A stretch of DNA of 64,000 nucleotides from an uncultured virus (IMG/VR IMGVR_UViG_3300027793_002658) (Duplodnaviria; Heunggongvirae; Uroviricota; Caudoviricetes). The notes beneath the pieces are model-generated. The model was not told the origin of the DNA, did no database searches, and was given only the letters and a program-made list of their open reading frames with translations. The DNA lies in IMG/VR virus record IMGVR_UViG_3300027793_002658; one strand, given 5' to 3'. The position numbers were made by a program, and so were the translations under genes. The first letter of the stretch is position 1, and the number at the start of each line of letters is the position of its first letter. Of the stretch, positions 8,766 through 19,520 are shown in pieces.

Positions 8766-11240
8766 ATGGCAGATACAATAGATATCAATCAAATCGATCA
8801 ATTAAATGATAAAATAAAAAATTTATCAAATGATAGTGCTAAAATACGTAGAATTTTTAGCGAAATCGGTAAAGAAACAGATTTGTTTGGAAAAGGATTT
8901 GAAAAAATTGTCAACACTGCACGTAATACTAATTCTTTAGCCGAAAAATATTTAATATCTCAAAAATTACAAGAGTCTGTACAATCTAAAATTAATGAAA
9001 TTAAACAAAAAAGTTCTTATTTAGATGCTGTTGGATTGCAAGCTAAAAGAGATGAAGTTTTATTACAAAATAAAATTGCGAAAGCGCAGATTATTGCATT
9101 GCAACAATCAAAGTTGACAGGATTGGCAAAGGATAACGCAATAAATTCATTAAAAACTCAATTAATTTTACAATCTGCTGAATTTGGTTATTATAATAAA
9201 AATCAAAAAACACAAGGAAAAACTGTTGATTTATTAAATCAACAGTTAGAAAACTTAGAAAACATAAGCCCATCGTTAGTTAAAAATAATAAATTAGCAG
9301 AAGTATTTTCAAATTTATTTGGTGAAAAATTATCGACTGAGTTAATAGGATCAATTGCAAAAATGGGTGATTTTGGTAAAAAATTATCCGAATTAAAATT
9401 TCCAGACGGGTCTGATATACTAAAAAAAGGTGTAACCAATTTTTTAGAATATGATAAAGCTGCATTTGGATTGCGTAAAAGTTTAGGTTTGTTACGTGGA
9501 GATTTTGATGTTTTACAAAATAATGTAAAAACAGTTGGTATTGAATTGCAAGATTTGGGTGTATCATTTGAACAAGTTGCCGCATCTACAACTGCGATTG
9601 CAAATGAATTCAATATGTTCGTGGCATCAAGTAAAGCATTAGTAGCTGATGTAAGTGTAATTTCCACACAATTAGGAATTGCAGAAGCAGATTCTGTAAA
9701 ATTTCTAAAAACAATGTCTAGTATTGGTAAGACCACAGTTGCTTCACAAAAAGGAATGATGGGATTTGCTCAATCTATGGCAAATGCAGCAGGCGTTCCA
9801 CTGCCAGCAGTAATGAAAGATGTTGCCGAAGCCAGTGATGACGTTCGTATTTTTACAGGTAGAAGCGCAGATAATTTAGTAAAAGGAGCAATTCAAGCAC
9901 GTCAAATGGGAACCACTTTGCAGAACATGGCAAATAGTGCAAAGAAAATGTTGGACTTTCAAACAAGTATTGCAGACGAAATGGAAGCAAGTGTATTATT
10001 GGGTAAAGATGTAAATTTCCAACAAGCACGTAATCTTGCTTATCGTAAAGACATTGTAGGCGCAAATGAAGAAATATTGAGAATTTCAAAGCAAGTTGAT
10101 TTTGACGCAATGGACCCATATCAAGCTGAAGCATTTGCAAAAGCGAGTGGTAAGAGTGTTCAAGAATTGCAAGAAATGCTACAAGCTGATAAAGAAATTG
10201 AATATATTCGCAGAAATGGAACTGTGGAACAAAAAGCACAGTTAGAAAAAATGGAGCAAATGAAACGTATGCGAGCCGATGAAGCCAAGGATGTTGGCAA
10301 AATGGCTGAACAACGTTTGCGTGAACAAGCAAATCAAGAACGTATCAATCAATTGCAAAATCAATTCAATAAATTGATGAGTGAATTAGCTGGTCCGGTT
10401 ATGGATGTTGTTGAACCGTTATTAGAATTAACTACTGCAATATTACCTCCATTATTAAATGGCATGAAAATGTTGGTTTTAACATCTGGGTTAATACTGA
10501 CACCTTGGTTATTAATTATTAAACCAATAAATGCAATCGTGAAGACATTACAATATGGCAAGTCTTTTATGGGTGCGTTAGCTGCCGGTGGAAAATCATT
10601 GGGTAGAAGTTTTAATTTTTTTGGAAGATTTTCTGGTTTTCTTGGAACTTTTGCAAAATTCTTAGGTCCGATAGGAGTAATTGTAACCGCATTTCAGGCA
10701 ATTTCTGGTTTTATTAAAGGATTCACGAAAACCGAAGGTGGATTTTTTAAAAAAATGTGGGGTGGACTACTTGGTGGATTGCAAGCAGTTGTAAAACCAA
10801 TATTAGATTTATTATTATGGCCATTTCAATCAGCAAAAGAATGGTTATATGGAAAATTAGGTTGGTTAGGAAATTCACCATCGGGATTGGGACTTAGTAT
10901 TTTAGATGGAATCAAATCTGTTGGCGGCATGTTATTGGATGCATTAACATTACCATTTAGAACAGCATTTAATTTTGTGACCGGTTTATTTGGTGGTCCA
11001 AAATTACCTAAGATGTCTGATGTTGTATTTGGCAACAAAGAAAAATCAGGTGCCGACACTGCAAAAGGAACTGATCTTGGAACAATGATTGCTGAAGGAA
11101 ACAAACAAGTTGTAGCAAAACTAGATGAGTTAATTACATTAATGTCAAATGGTGGTATTGCTGTAAACATTGATGGAACCAAGGCAAGTATGTTATTGGC
11201 TAAAGCACAAAAAGAACGTGGTGCATTTGGAGCAATCTAA
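8766..11240 (+). CDS. Tail tape measure protein
   Basis: 824 aa helical Ala/Gln/Lys-rich protein with a Gly/Phe-rich hydrophobic C-terminal region, in the canonical position. Confidence 0.85.
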   Translation: MADTIDINQIDQLNDKIKNLSNDSAKIRRIFSEIGKETDLFGKGFEKIVNTARNTNSLAEKYLISQKLQESVQSKINEIKQKSSYLDAVGLQAKRDEVLLQNKIAKAQIIALQQSKLTGLAKDNAINSLKTQLILQSAEFGYYNKNQKTQGKTVDLLNQQLENLENISPSLVKNNKLAEVFSNLFGEKLSTELIGSIAKMGDFGKKLSELKFPDGSDILKKGVTNFLEYDKAAFGLRKSLGLLRGDFDVLQNNVKTVGIELQDLGVSFEQVAASTTAIANEFNMFVASSKALVADVSVISTQLGIAEADSVKFLKTMSSIGKTTVASQKGMMGFAQSMANAAGVPLPAVMKDVAEASDDVRIFTGRSADNLVKGAIQARQMGTTLQNMANSAKKMLDFQTSIADEMEASVLLGKDVNFQQARNLAYRKDIVGANEEILRISKQVDFDAMDPYQAEAFAKASGKSVQELQEMLQADKEIEYIRRNGTVEQKAQLEKMEQMKRMRADEAKDVGKMAEQRLREQANQERINQLQNQFNKLMSELAGPVMDVVEPLLELTTAILPPLLNGMKMLVLTSGLILTPWLLIIKPINAIVKTLQYGKSFMGALAAGGKSLGRSFNFFGRFSGFLGTFAKFLGPIGVIVTAFQAISGFIKGFTKTEGGFFKKMWGGLLGGLQAVVKPILDLLLWPFQSAKEWLYGKLGWLGNSPSGLGLSILDGIKSVGGMLLDALTLPFRTAFNFVTGLFGGPKLPKMSDVVFGNKEKSGADTAKGTDLGTMIAEGNKQVVAKLDELITLMSNGGIAVNIDGTKASMLLAKAQKERGAFGAI

Positions 11241-11252
11241 TATTTATTATAT

Positions 11253-13565
11253 ATGGCAAATAATAACAACATAGATGGAGTGATAACCACAACCAATACA
11301 CAAATAATTGGTAACGGTTATACATTGCCAAGTGATTTTAATAACAGTCGTCAACCGGGTGAATTGGCCAATCTTTTTAATGCCAATAGCAATGTTATTT
11401 ACAACAAGTTCAGTGCGAAGACTGGACAAGTAGGACTATTGCGTTTTGGGCCACGACAGCCATTTATTAGTTTTAATCCAAATACAGGAACAAAAGGTAT
11501 TAATGCATTAAAAGGTGCTGTCCCAAGAATTGGAGCACCATTACAAGATGTAGAACGTATTACAAAATGGCAATTGACTGGAACAGGTGTAATTTTCATT
11601 GCGAAACAATTTTTGTTGCAAGGTCAGAATGCGTTTAATGAAACAAAAATTTATAATCCAGCAATGCCTATTTTGTCAGTTGCAAGTAGAGCATCATTTG
11701 GATTGATACCAACACCAACACGTCATCTTGATTTGAGTGGTGGCTTTGCATCTGCTTTAGGATTTGGCAGTTCACCTAGACCAATTAGTACAACTGTTGC
11801 TGCATCTAACGGTAATGCACTATCGACTCAATCAAAATTGGCACCAAATGCTTACAAAGGTATGTTGCGTGGTGTAACAGCAACGTCTGGATTTACATCA
11901 CTGAGCCAAAAATGGGCGGAAGGTAGCAACAACGCTGGTGGTGGATTATTAAAAGCTGTGGGTGGATATTTAAAGAGCGCATTCAATAGCATTAAAGGAA
12001 CATTTATTCCAGTTGGACAACCCGGAAGTTTTCAATATCGTGCGGATGAACAAACATATGGTCGCATGATGGCAGATCAATCTAAGTTTTACAATTTCAA
12101 AAGTGATGGTACTATACCAATTGGTGTTTATCAGCGTTTTTGGAGTGGTAAAGAAATTACAAACAAAAAAACTCCACTATCATATGTTCGTTATGCATAT
12201 TTTATTAAACCAGACGAAGGTATTGATATAAGTTCTGGCAACACTGGTACTATACAAAACAAAAGTTTTGGTATCACAGATTTCAATCCACAAGATGAAA
12301 AGGGTTCATCATATACAACCTATGTTGGACATGATAAATGGGTGTTAAAGGGCAGTCAAAAAGATTCATTGGAGCATTCCGATCAAGTTGTTAACTATGC
12401 TTATTACACAGATCGTCTTACAAAAAATGTAAAAGACGGAGGCAAATATTTTTCTAATCGTTCTAAGCTGAATGACCCAAATGATGCTAGAGTAAAAGAC
12501 ATCAAAGAAAATTTAGACCGTGTATTAAAAGGATTGCAAACTAAAGATGTCAATTCAAGCAACATGTCTTATAATTTGAATCCTGATAATGGTTATACAC
12601 ACAGTCCTATTCCTCAATTTAGTGAAGCAATGGGAGGAACCAATGGATATGATTATATTGACAGAGTAACCAATAAAGATCAAGGATTTGATAAACAATT
12701 CAAGTATTTAACAGCAACTAGATTTGCAAATATTAGAACTATAGATCCTATACCAGACGGCACTTCGAAAAACGAACATTATGGATTTGCAGGTGCCAGC
12801 AGATCTGATAAAATCAATACAATTGGTGTATTAAAAGGATCTCAATTTGCAACCAATGGTGAAGGATCTAAAACAGGTAAATTATATGATCCATCCACAG
12901 ATGATTTGATTGCTTTTTATTTTCATGATATTGTCAATGATCGTTATCTTCCATTTCGATCTGTGTTTAAAGGTATAAGCGAAAGTGCAACGGCAGAATG
13001 GAATGATGTAAGTTATTTGGGACGTGCTGATAAATTGTATACGTACAAAGGATTCACACGATCATTATCATTTAGTTTTACAGTTAATATTTCGAGCATA
13101 AAAGAATTTGCGCCAACTTGGCAAAAAATTAATTATTTCATGGGATTGGTTAAACCAGCAAATTATACGGCAAAAAATGAAACTGATCTATTGACATTTT
13201 CGAGATTTATCATACCTCCGATGATAAAGTTTACTATTGGTGATTTATATGTAGATCAGCCCGGTTTAATTACTAGTATTGGTTTTAGTATTCCAGATGA
13301 TTCTGCGTGGGAAACATTAAATGAAACTTATGCAGCTAAAAATGATTGGACATATTTAAATAATGTTATTCAATGGACCGATAAAATAAAAAATAAATAT
13401 GCTCAATTACCACGAACTGTAGATTTTAGTGTGTCTATGAATTTACTTGAAAAAGAAAAGCCAATTGTTGGTGGATCTCATTTTGGATCTGCATATCATA
13501 CAGATCCATATTATACAAAAATATCAAAGGAAGGTACATTTTCATCAAACTTACTAGTTAAATAA
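11253..13565 (+). CDS. Baseplate / tail tube initiator-type structural protein
   Basis: C-terminal FRSVFKGISES..W..YLGRADKLYTYKGFTRSLSFSF..PPMIKFTIGDLY tube-fold signature; follows the tape measure gene. Confidence 0.7.
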   Translation: MANNNNIDGVITTTNTQIIGNGYTLPSDFNNSRQPGELANLFNANSNVIYNKFSAKTGQVGLLRFGPRQPFISFNPNTGTKGINALKGAVPRIGAPLQDVERITKWQLTGTGVIFIAKQFLLQGQNAFNETKIYNPAMPILSVASRASFGLIPTPTRHLDLSGGFASALGFGSSPRPISTTVAASNGNALSTQSKLAPNAYKGMLRGVTATSGFTSLSQKWAEGSNNAGGGLLKAVGGYLKSAFNSIKGTFIPVGQPGSFQYRADEQTYGRMMADQSKFYNFKSDGTIPIGVYQRFWSGKEITNKKTPLSYVRYAYFIKPDEGIDISSGNTGTIQNKSFGITDFNPQDEKGSSYTTYVGHDKWVLKGSQKDSLEHSDQVVNYAYYTDRLTKNVKDGGKYFSNRSKLNDPNDARVKDIKENLDRVLKGLQTKDVNSSNMSYNLNPDNGYTHSPIPQFSEAMGGTNGYDYIDRVTNKDQGFDKQFKYLTATRFANIRTIDPIPDGTSKNEHYGFAGASRSDKINTIGVLKGSQFATNGEGSKTGKLYDPSTDDLIAFYFHDIVNDRYLPFRSVFKGISESATAEWNDVSYLGRADKLYTYKGFTRSLSFSFTVNISSIKEFAPTWQKINYFMGLVKPANYTAKNETDLLTFSRFIIPPMIKFTIGDLYVDQPGLITSIGFSIPDDSAWETLNETYAAKNDWTYLNNVIQWTDKIKNKYAQLPRTVDFSVSMNLLEKEKPIVGGSHFGSAYHTDPYYTKISKEGTFSSNLLVK

Positions 13566-13567
13566 TT

Positions 13568-13864
13568 ATGAATCGATATTCTGTGGCAAAAATTGATACT
13601 CGTTTTGATGGTAAACGTGTATATAAAAGTGTATTATATCCATCGATTTCAGTTGATAGTTCTGATTTTTATATTGTAACCAATGAAACTATGTATCTTG
13701 ACACACTTGCATACAAATACTATAATGACACAAGTTTATGGTGGATTATAGCATTAGCAAATAATATTGGTAAAGGTCGTTTGAGTGTACCTGCTGGATT
13801 ACAATTAAGAATACCGGGCAATGTAATAAAAATCATCAACGATTATAATCTCATTAATTCATAA
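13568..13864 (+). CDS. LysM-like baseplate wedge protein (gp53 / tail X-like)
   Basis: LDTLAYKYYNDTSLWWIIALAN..GLQLRIP. Confidence 0.8.
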   Translation: MNRYSVAKIDTRFDGKRVYKSVLYPSISVDSSDFYIVTNETMYLDTLAYKYYNDTSLWWIIALANNIGKGRLSVPAGLQLRIPGNVIKIINDYNLINS

Positions 13865-13867
13865 GTT

Positions 13868-16492
13868 ATGGCACAAAATATTGAAAGTCTAGACAATAGA
13901 CCGTGGGTTCCACATCATATTCCAAATCCAATTAGACGCGAATTGTATCGTCGAACGTTGGATCAGGGACTGAATTATGTTGACACAGGCACTAAAACAA
14001 ACAATTGGTCCGATTACAAAAATTATCGAGGACCATTAAGTGCATGGGTTCGCGTAACGAGCAATGGTACTGGTGTTAGTAAAGCATTATCAAATACGCA
14101 AAAATATAATGGATTTGTAATGTACGGTGGACAGGGATTTCAGGATACATTTGGGAATATAAATTTTAAAGATACTACAAATCCATATTATCAACCAAAT
14201 ATATTAGGATATGATACAAATGGAAAAGAACATATCTTGGACTTAGATATTAAAAATCCCAATATTGTTACTTTAAAGGGAAGTCCGACTCGTAATGTTC
14301 CAATTTTACTACCCCCACCGGGTATTGTTTCTGTTGAAGCAAACATGCAAAAAGAACGTATTAGAAAGGTAACGATTAATTGGAAATGCTATAGCTTTGC
14401 TCAATTGGAATATATGACTCCATATTTTTTGACGCCGGGCATTAGTTTAATTGTAGAATTTGGATGGAATCTTTTTAACCAAAACTGTTTACTAAATTTA
14501 AAAGACATTGATGTATTAAAAACGTTATGGGTAGATGGAACTCCGCTATATCAAAAAACATTGGATTCAAATGGTATGTATGACGCAACATTTGGAGCTA
14601 TTGCAAATTTTGAATTTAATACCCAAGACGGCACAACATATGAATGCAAAACTGAAATTTACTCAAAACATCGAAATCATACAGGAGCTTTATTAAACGA
14701 ATCTCCTAAAAATACAAAAATTTTATCAACTAATCAAATAGAAACTATACTTACAAAACCTTCATTATATGAATTTTGTAATCAACGTCTTAAAAATGTA
14801 GCAAAATGTTTGGAAGGAGATGGCAAAAATTTTTTTGAACCATTAACAAAAGAAGAAAAAGAAAAATCAACAATATCAGATCCAATACCATATAATAATG
14901 AAGAATTAAAGAAAAAATTTTTTAATGGAAACCCAGAAAATCGTATTTTTATTGCACGCAACAAATTAAAAAACGATCCATTATTAATCGGTAATAAAAA
15001 TGAAACATACGGTCCTCCAGATAAAGATATTGATTGGGATAGCAGTTCTCCTGATGATACTTGGGTAACAATGGGATTTGTAGTTGAGCTTTTGAATTTA
15101 TTTATAAGTCAGAATATAAATCTAAAAGCATCTAATGATCCAAATTTTGAACTTTTTACGTTTGATATTGAAGACGTTGCTGTTGGCGCGCACCCAAATT
15201 TAATTAGCAGTGATGGATACACTGTGTTAATTCCAAATCCAATTGCGCCAAAATTTAATTTGGGATATAAGTTGTGGGTCTCTGATTATGAAAAAGTGAT
15301 AGAAAACAAACTACAATCACAAACGTCACATAAAACTGCGATATTTGAAAAGTACAGCACAAATATGTTGTCGTACAACAAAAAATTATTTAATATTTTC
15401 AGAACCGGATATGTACCAATCCCTCAAGTCAATCCAAAAGCCGGCGCATATAGAAATAATCTTGATAATATCATTAATCGGTTTCGCTATAATTTTTTTG
15501 CCAATAAAATAAAGCCATATGATGCTGCATTTCCTCAGATGGTTGATTACACAGTAAAAGGAAATGAAAAAAAAGCGGGATATTGGGGGTATTTAAAAGA
15601 TTTATTTATTCATGTAAATGTTATTATTAATGCTTCAAAAAACGCAAGAACTGCGGAAGATTTTCTAAATTCATTGTTGCAAACTGTATCCGCTGCATCA
15701 GCAGGATTATGGGAATTGGCTGTAATTGAAGATGAAAATAAATTAAAAATTATTGATAAAAAATTTATTTCTAAAAAAATATATCAAAATCTGTATCAAT
15801 TTGATATCAGTTCTGATAGTTGTATCAAATCATTATCATTCACTGTGACACCAAGTAATGCACAAATGACTCAAGTTATTGCTGGATCAACAAATAATCA
15901 AGAACAAACAACTGGACAATCAACTGCCACTGCATTGCCCGACTTTAAATTCGGAGATAGACTTGGAACAAATCAGCTTAAATCAGAGGAACCAAAAAAA
16001 ACATTTGTAAATGAATCCTCTGATTTGATAAGACAACTTCAAAAATATGGCAGAGTTGAAGGAGCATTTGCAATGAGCTTAAGATATCCGAACGAACAAG
16101 ATTATTATGAAGTTGTTAATCTTGCATTACCAAGTAAAAATTTGTTGTTGTCTTTAATCGATTGTGAAGATTATGAAGATAATCTTAATATGTATGGTGG
16201 ACAACAACCAAATTTTATATGCGAATTAGTGTTACAAGGAATTGCTGGACTTCGGACGTTTCAATGTTTTAGTATTAAAAATTTACCCAAACCATATAGT
16301 CCAGATGATGTAATATTTTCAATTATTGATTTGACACATTCTATCCAAAACGGAGAATGGACAACAACAATAAAAGCCGGTATACGTCCTCGCGCTAAAT
16401 TGAAATCTGTTGTAGGGGTTAATTATGAATATACAAACGGCAAAGAGGCGTTTGAATCAACAAATGATGTGCCAATAATGAATCTAAAATAA
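13868..16492 (+). CDS. Baseplate hub-like structural protein
   Basis: PPPGIVSV, FLTPGISLIVEFGW and C-terminal THSIQNGEWTTTIKA; position in the baseplate module. Confidence 0.6.
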   Translation: MAQNIESLDNRPWVPHHIPNPIRRELYRRTLDQGLNYVDTGTKTNNWSDYKNYRGPLSAWVRVTSNGTGVSKALSNTQKYNGFVMYGGQGFQDTFGNINFKDTTNPYYQPNILGYDTNGKEHILDLDIKNPNIVTLKGSPTRNVPILLPPPGIVSVEANMQKERIRKVTINWKCYSFAQLEYMTPYFLTPGISLIVEFGWNLFNQNCLLNLKDIDVLKTLWVDGTPLYQKTLDSNGMYDATFGAIANFEFNTQDGTTYECKTEIYSKHRNHTGALLNESPKNTKILSTNQIETILTKPSLYEFCNQRLKNVAKCLEGDGKNFFEPLTKEEKEKSTISDPIPYNNEELKKKFFNGNPENRIFIARNKLKNDPLLIGNKNETYGPPDKDIDWDSSSPDDTWVTMGFVVELLNLFISQNINLKASNDPNFELFTFDIEDVAVGAHPNLISSDGYTVLIPNPIAPKFNLGYKLWVSDYEKVIENKLQSQTSHKTAIFEKYSTNMLSYNKKLFNIFRTGYVPIPQVNPKAGAYRNNLDNIINRFRYNFFANKIKPYDAAFPQMVDYTVKGNEKKAGYWGYLKDLFIHVNVIINASKNARTAEDFLNSLLQTVSAASAGLWELAVIEDENKLKIIDKKFISKKIYQNLYQFDISSDSCIKSLSFTVTPSNAQMTQVIAGSTNNQEQTTGQSTATALPDFKFGDRLGTNQLKSEEPKKTFVNESSDLIRQLQKYGRVEGAFAMSLRYPNEQDYYEVVNLALPSKNLLLSLIDCEDYEDNLNMYGGQQPNFICELVLQGIAGLRTFQCFSIKNLPKPYSPDDVIFSIIDLTHSIQNGEWTTTIKAGIRPRAKLKSVVGVNYEYTNGKEAFESTNDVPIMNLK

Positions 16493-16493
16493 T

Positions 16494-16883
16494 ATGATTA
16501 ATATTAATACATATAATTTAATTGGTAATTCAATAGGTGTACAAAATTATGTATATCCAAAATTTTATACATTTGTTGTAAATAATTTTGATTATGAAAA
16601 CGGATTTACATATCGTTATTTTGTTAATAAAATAAATGATAATTTGATAATTGAAGTGTCTGAAAAAAATTACGATGACATTCAAAAAAATTTGTTTAAT
16701 AAAGTTGTAGTGATATGGCATTTAATTGGACCTGAGAGAAATGTGTATGTCAATGGAAAGCTTTATGAACAAGGCATTTACGAAAAAAATTTCAAAGAAA
16801 TAAGTATCGCAGCACAAACCATGCCAAGTCTAAAAAATTTTATTACAAACTACACGCAATATAGCAAGCCTAGAAAAGATTGA
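16494..16883 (+). CDS. Hypothetical protein (end of baseplate module)
   Basis: 129 aa ORF containing DYENGFTYRYFV. Confidence 0.65.
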   Translation: MININTYNLIGNSIGVQNYVYPKFYTFVVNNFDYENGFTYRYFVNKINDNLIIEVSEKNYDDIQKNLFNKVVVIWHLIGPERNVYVNGKLYEQGIYEKNFKEISIAAQTMPSLKNFITNYTQYSKPRKD

Positions 16884-16908
16884 CATGTGGCAGTACCTAC
16901 TGTATTGT
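16880..16908 (+). promoter_or_regulatory. Sigma70-like promoter, probably leaderless
   Basis: TTGACA-17-TATTGT with the ATG 6 nt downstream. Confidence 0.65.
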
Positions 16909-16914
16909 CGATGA

Positions 16915-18270
16915 ATGATCATAGATAGTGAAAAAGAATATCTAAAATTTCTTGATAATTACAATCAACATGATTTAATTGTCAATACATTGGGATGTGA
17001 TGAACGATATCATCCTGTTGTAGACGAATTGTGCGCCGTGTTTATTAAAAGTATTACCGATGGTAGAGATTTTACATTGAGTGTAAATCATCCAGATGGT
17101 GTATGGAATATTGATAAAGTTCGACTGGCAATCGACTTGAATAAATTAAATACAAATATATGGACATTCGATAAGAAGAAAACTTTACATTTTTTGCCCG
17201 TCTTGAAATTGAAAGATATTCAAGTTTACGATTACATGGAAACAGGCGAAATTGTTGATGTAACTCAGTATCAATCAAATGTTTATGCATTTTATAAGCA
17301 TATGTATGGCAAATATAGTGATTTGAATTGCGTTATTCCACTATCAGTACATATTGCTAGTTTCGAAAATTTATCTGATAGCGTACTTGCACGTATTCGT
17401 GGAGTAAACACCGATCAAATTTTCAATCGTATTAATACTGAAATTGTTGAAAGTTTTCAGTCTATTGAATCAAATGGCTTGAAAATTGATGAAGTGTTGT
17501 TTCAACAACACTTTGGGCACAAAGAATGTAAAATCAAAAACGGGTTTGCTCACACTGAGTATAATTTGTTTACATCTACGGGTCGGCCAAGTAACCGATT
17601 TGGTAACATCAATTATGCTGCTCTCAAAAAAGACGATGGTTGTCGATCTGCATTTGTTAGTCGTTATGGAAATGACGGATATTTGTTTATGATTGACTAT
17701 AGTGCATATCATCCACGTTTGATTGCACAATTGGTACGTTACAATCTTCCTGAAGATGTTTACAATTATTTGGGTCAGTCGTACTTCAACAAAGACATAT
17801 TATCTGATGAAGAATTGAAGGCGGCAAAAACAACTACCTTTCAATTATTGTATGGCAATATTCCAGAAAAATATGTTCACATTCCATTCTTTGTAAAAAT
17901 CAAAGACTATATTGAACACAGATGGAATCATTTTACAACACACGGATATGTCGAAACGCCAATATATAAGCGTCGTATCACTCCAAACAACATCAGTGAA
18001 CCAAGTCCAAATAAGCTGTTTAACTATATTTTACAGGCAACCGAAACGGAGTACAACACTGCTGTATTACGTGATTTGGTAGTGCATCTAAAAAATAGAC
18101 TAACCAAGCCTATTTTGTATACATATGATTCTGTACTTTTTGATGTCAGCAATCAAGATGGTATTGAAATTTTGAGAGAAATTAAAAATATTATGTCGCC
18201 TAATAATAATTTTCCTGTAAAATGTTATAAAGGAAACAATTATAATGAAATGCATATAATAAGTGTATAA
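16915..18270 (+). CDS. Atypical family A DNA polymerase domain protein
   Basis: TSTGRPSN, motif A IDYSAYHPR, motif B AKTTTFQLLYG, NYILQA and motif C YTYDSVLFD. Confidence 0.85.
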   Translation: MIIDSEKEYLKFLDNYNQHDLIVNTLGCDERYHPVVDELCAVFIKSITDGRDFTLSVNHPDGVWNIDKVRLAIDLNKLNTNIWTFDKKKTLHFLPVLKLKDIQVYDYMETGEIVDVTQYQSNVYAFYKHMYGKYSDLNCVIPLSVHIASFENLSDSVLARIRGVNTDQIFNRINTEIVESFQSIESNGLKIDEVLFQQHFGHKECKIKNGFAHTEYNLFTSTGRPSNRFGNINYAALKKDDGCRSAFVSRYGNDGYLFMIDYSAYHPRLIAQLVRYNLPEDVYNYLGQSYFNKDILSDEELKAAKTTTFQLLYGNIPEKYVHIPFFVKIKDYIEHRWNHFTTHGYVETPIYKRRITPNNISEPSPNKLFNYILQATETEYNTAVLRDLVVHLKNRLTKPILYTYDSVLFDVSNQDGIEILREIKNIMSPNNNFPVKCYKGNNYNEMHIISV

Positions 18271-18300
18271 TAATGGATTTTTCAAATATATTTATTATGG

Positions 18301-18975
18301 ATGAAAGAAATCTATAATAAAGTTTTGGAAGCGGTCGCAATTGATCCCCGTTTAGACACAGGTATTTTTGATGTATTAAACAATGATCATTTGTCTGTTT
18401 TTCGTGAATATCTAGTAAAAGAAGGTATTTCTGAAGATACCGCTATTGCTGCCAGCAACAAACTGGCAGAAGCGGGTAGATTTCCAGAGCGACAAGCTTA
18501 TAACAAAGATGGTTTGTTGGTAACATTTCCTTCACCAGAACACAAACAACGCGCAATTGCTAGAGGAACTCATTTTGAGAGAAATCCAAAATCAGCACAA
18601 GTAAATATTTTTGGTGCTGAAACACAACCTCAACAACCGGCACAACCAGCACCAGCACAACAAACAGTTGCTCCTACAACTATTGCAAAACCTGCTGCAC
18701 CCACACAAGCACCCGTTAAACAGTCAGTTGCTACAACGCAATCTGCGGATGTTACTCCTGTAAATGCCGATAATCGCACACCAGAAGAAAGAGCGGCAGA
18801 CGCAAATGCGGTGGAAAAAATGTTAAAGACTGAAGGAAAGTCATATACTTTGTCCGAAGCAATTGCATTTGGATTCTACTCAAAGAACAATATATGGTAT
18901 ACATCGGATGGTGAAAAAGTTGGTCGCTTGTGGTATGTGGCAGATCGCAAACAACAAATTATATTGCCATGTTAA
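18301..18975 (+). CDS. Hypothetical protein with Pro/Gln/Ala linker
   Basis: 224 aa ORF preceded by TATTTAT. Confidence 0.7.
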   Translation: MKEIYNKVLEAVAIDPRLDTGIFDVLNNDHLSVFREYLVKEGISEDTAIAASNKLAEAGRFPERQAYNKDGLLVTFPSPEHKQRAIARGTHFERNPKSAQVNIFGAETQPQQPAQPAPAQQTVAPTTIAKPAAPTQAPVKQSVATTQSADVTPVNADNRTPEERAADANAVEKMLKTEGKSYTLSEAIAFGFYSKNNIWYTSDGEKVGRLWYVADRKQQIILPC

Positions 18976-19370
18976 CGAGAGAAAAACAACTTTTATGCAC
19001 ATTTACGAATAATGGAGATTATTCGTTATTACTCTCTAAAATTTCAAATTTTTATACAATTTTAGAACATAAACTTTTTATTTTTGCAAATGTAACAAAT
19101 TTGAAAGAATATTATCTTACATACAATGTTGACTGTAGAAATACAACGGTCGGCAAATTTCCAAACACCATTAGTATACATCGCAAGAAAATGTATAATA
19201 CATTGTATACTTTAAATGGAATGAATAGACTCATTACAGACGAAAACAACGGAGTATTTGATAAAACATATCAACTCAATTGGGAATTATACAGAAACTC
19301 ATTGATTTTGACTACGGATATCGGCGTCAAAGTGGTTGGTCTCAAGTTGGTAGACATTGTTACGATGTGA
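18969..19370 (+). CDS. Hypothetical phage protein
   Basis: ATG at 18969; QLLCTF and IHRKKMYNTLYTLNGMN motifs. Confidence 0.7.
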   Translation: MLTREKQLLCTFTNNGDYSLLLSKISNFYTILEHKLFIFANVTNLKEYYLTYNVDCRNTTVGKFPNTISIHRKKMYNTLYTLNGMNRLITDENNGVFDKTYQLNWELYRNSLILTTDIGVKVVGLKLVDIVTM

Positions 19371-19520
19371 CTTTTTATAGTTTTCATTAGTTTTTATACA
19401 AAAAAATTTCTTGTGGTTTTTGAAAATCACTCTATACTTATACGTGTATTAAATGATGCACTGTCTCTAGTGAGACGATTATTATCTAATACACACTTAA
19501 CAATTAATAAATTAAAAATT

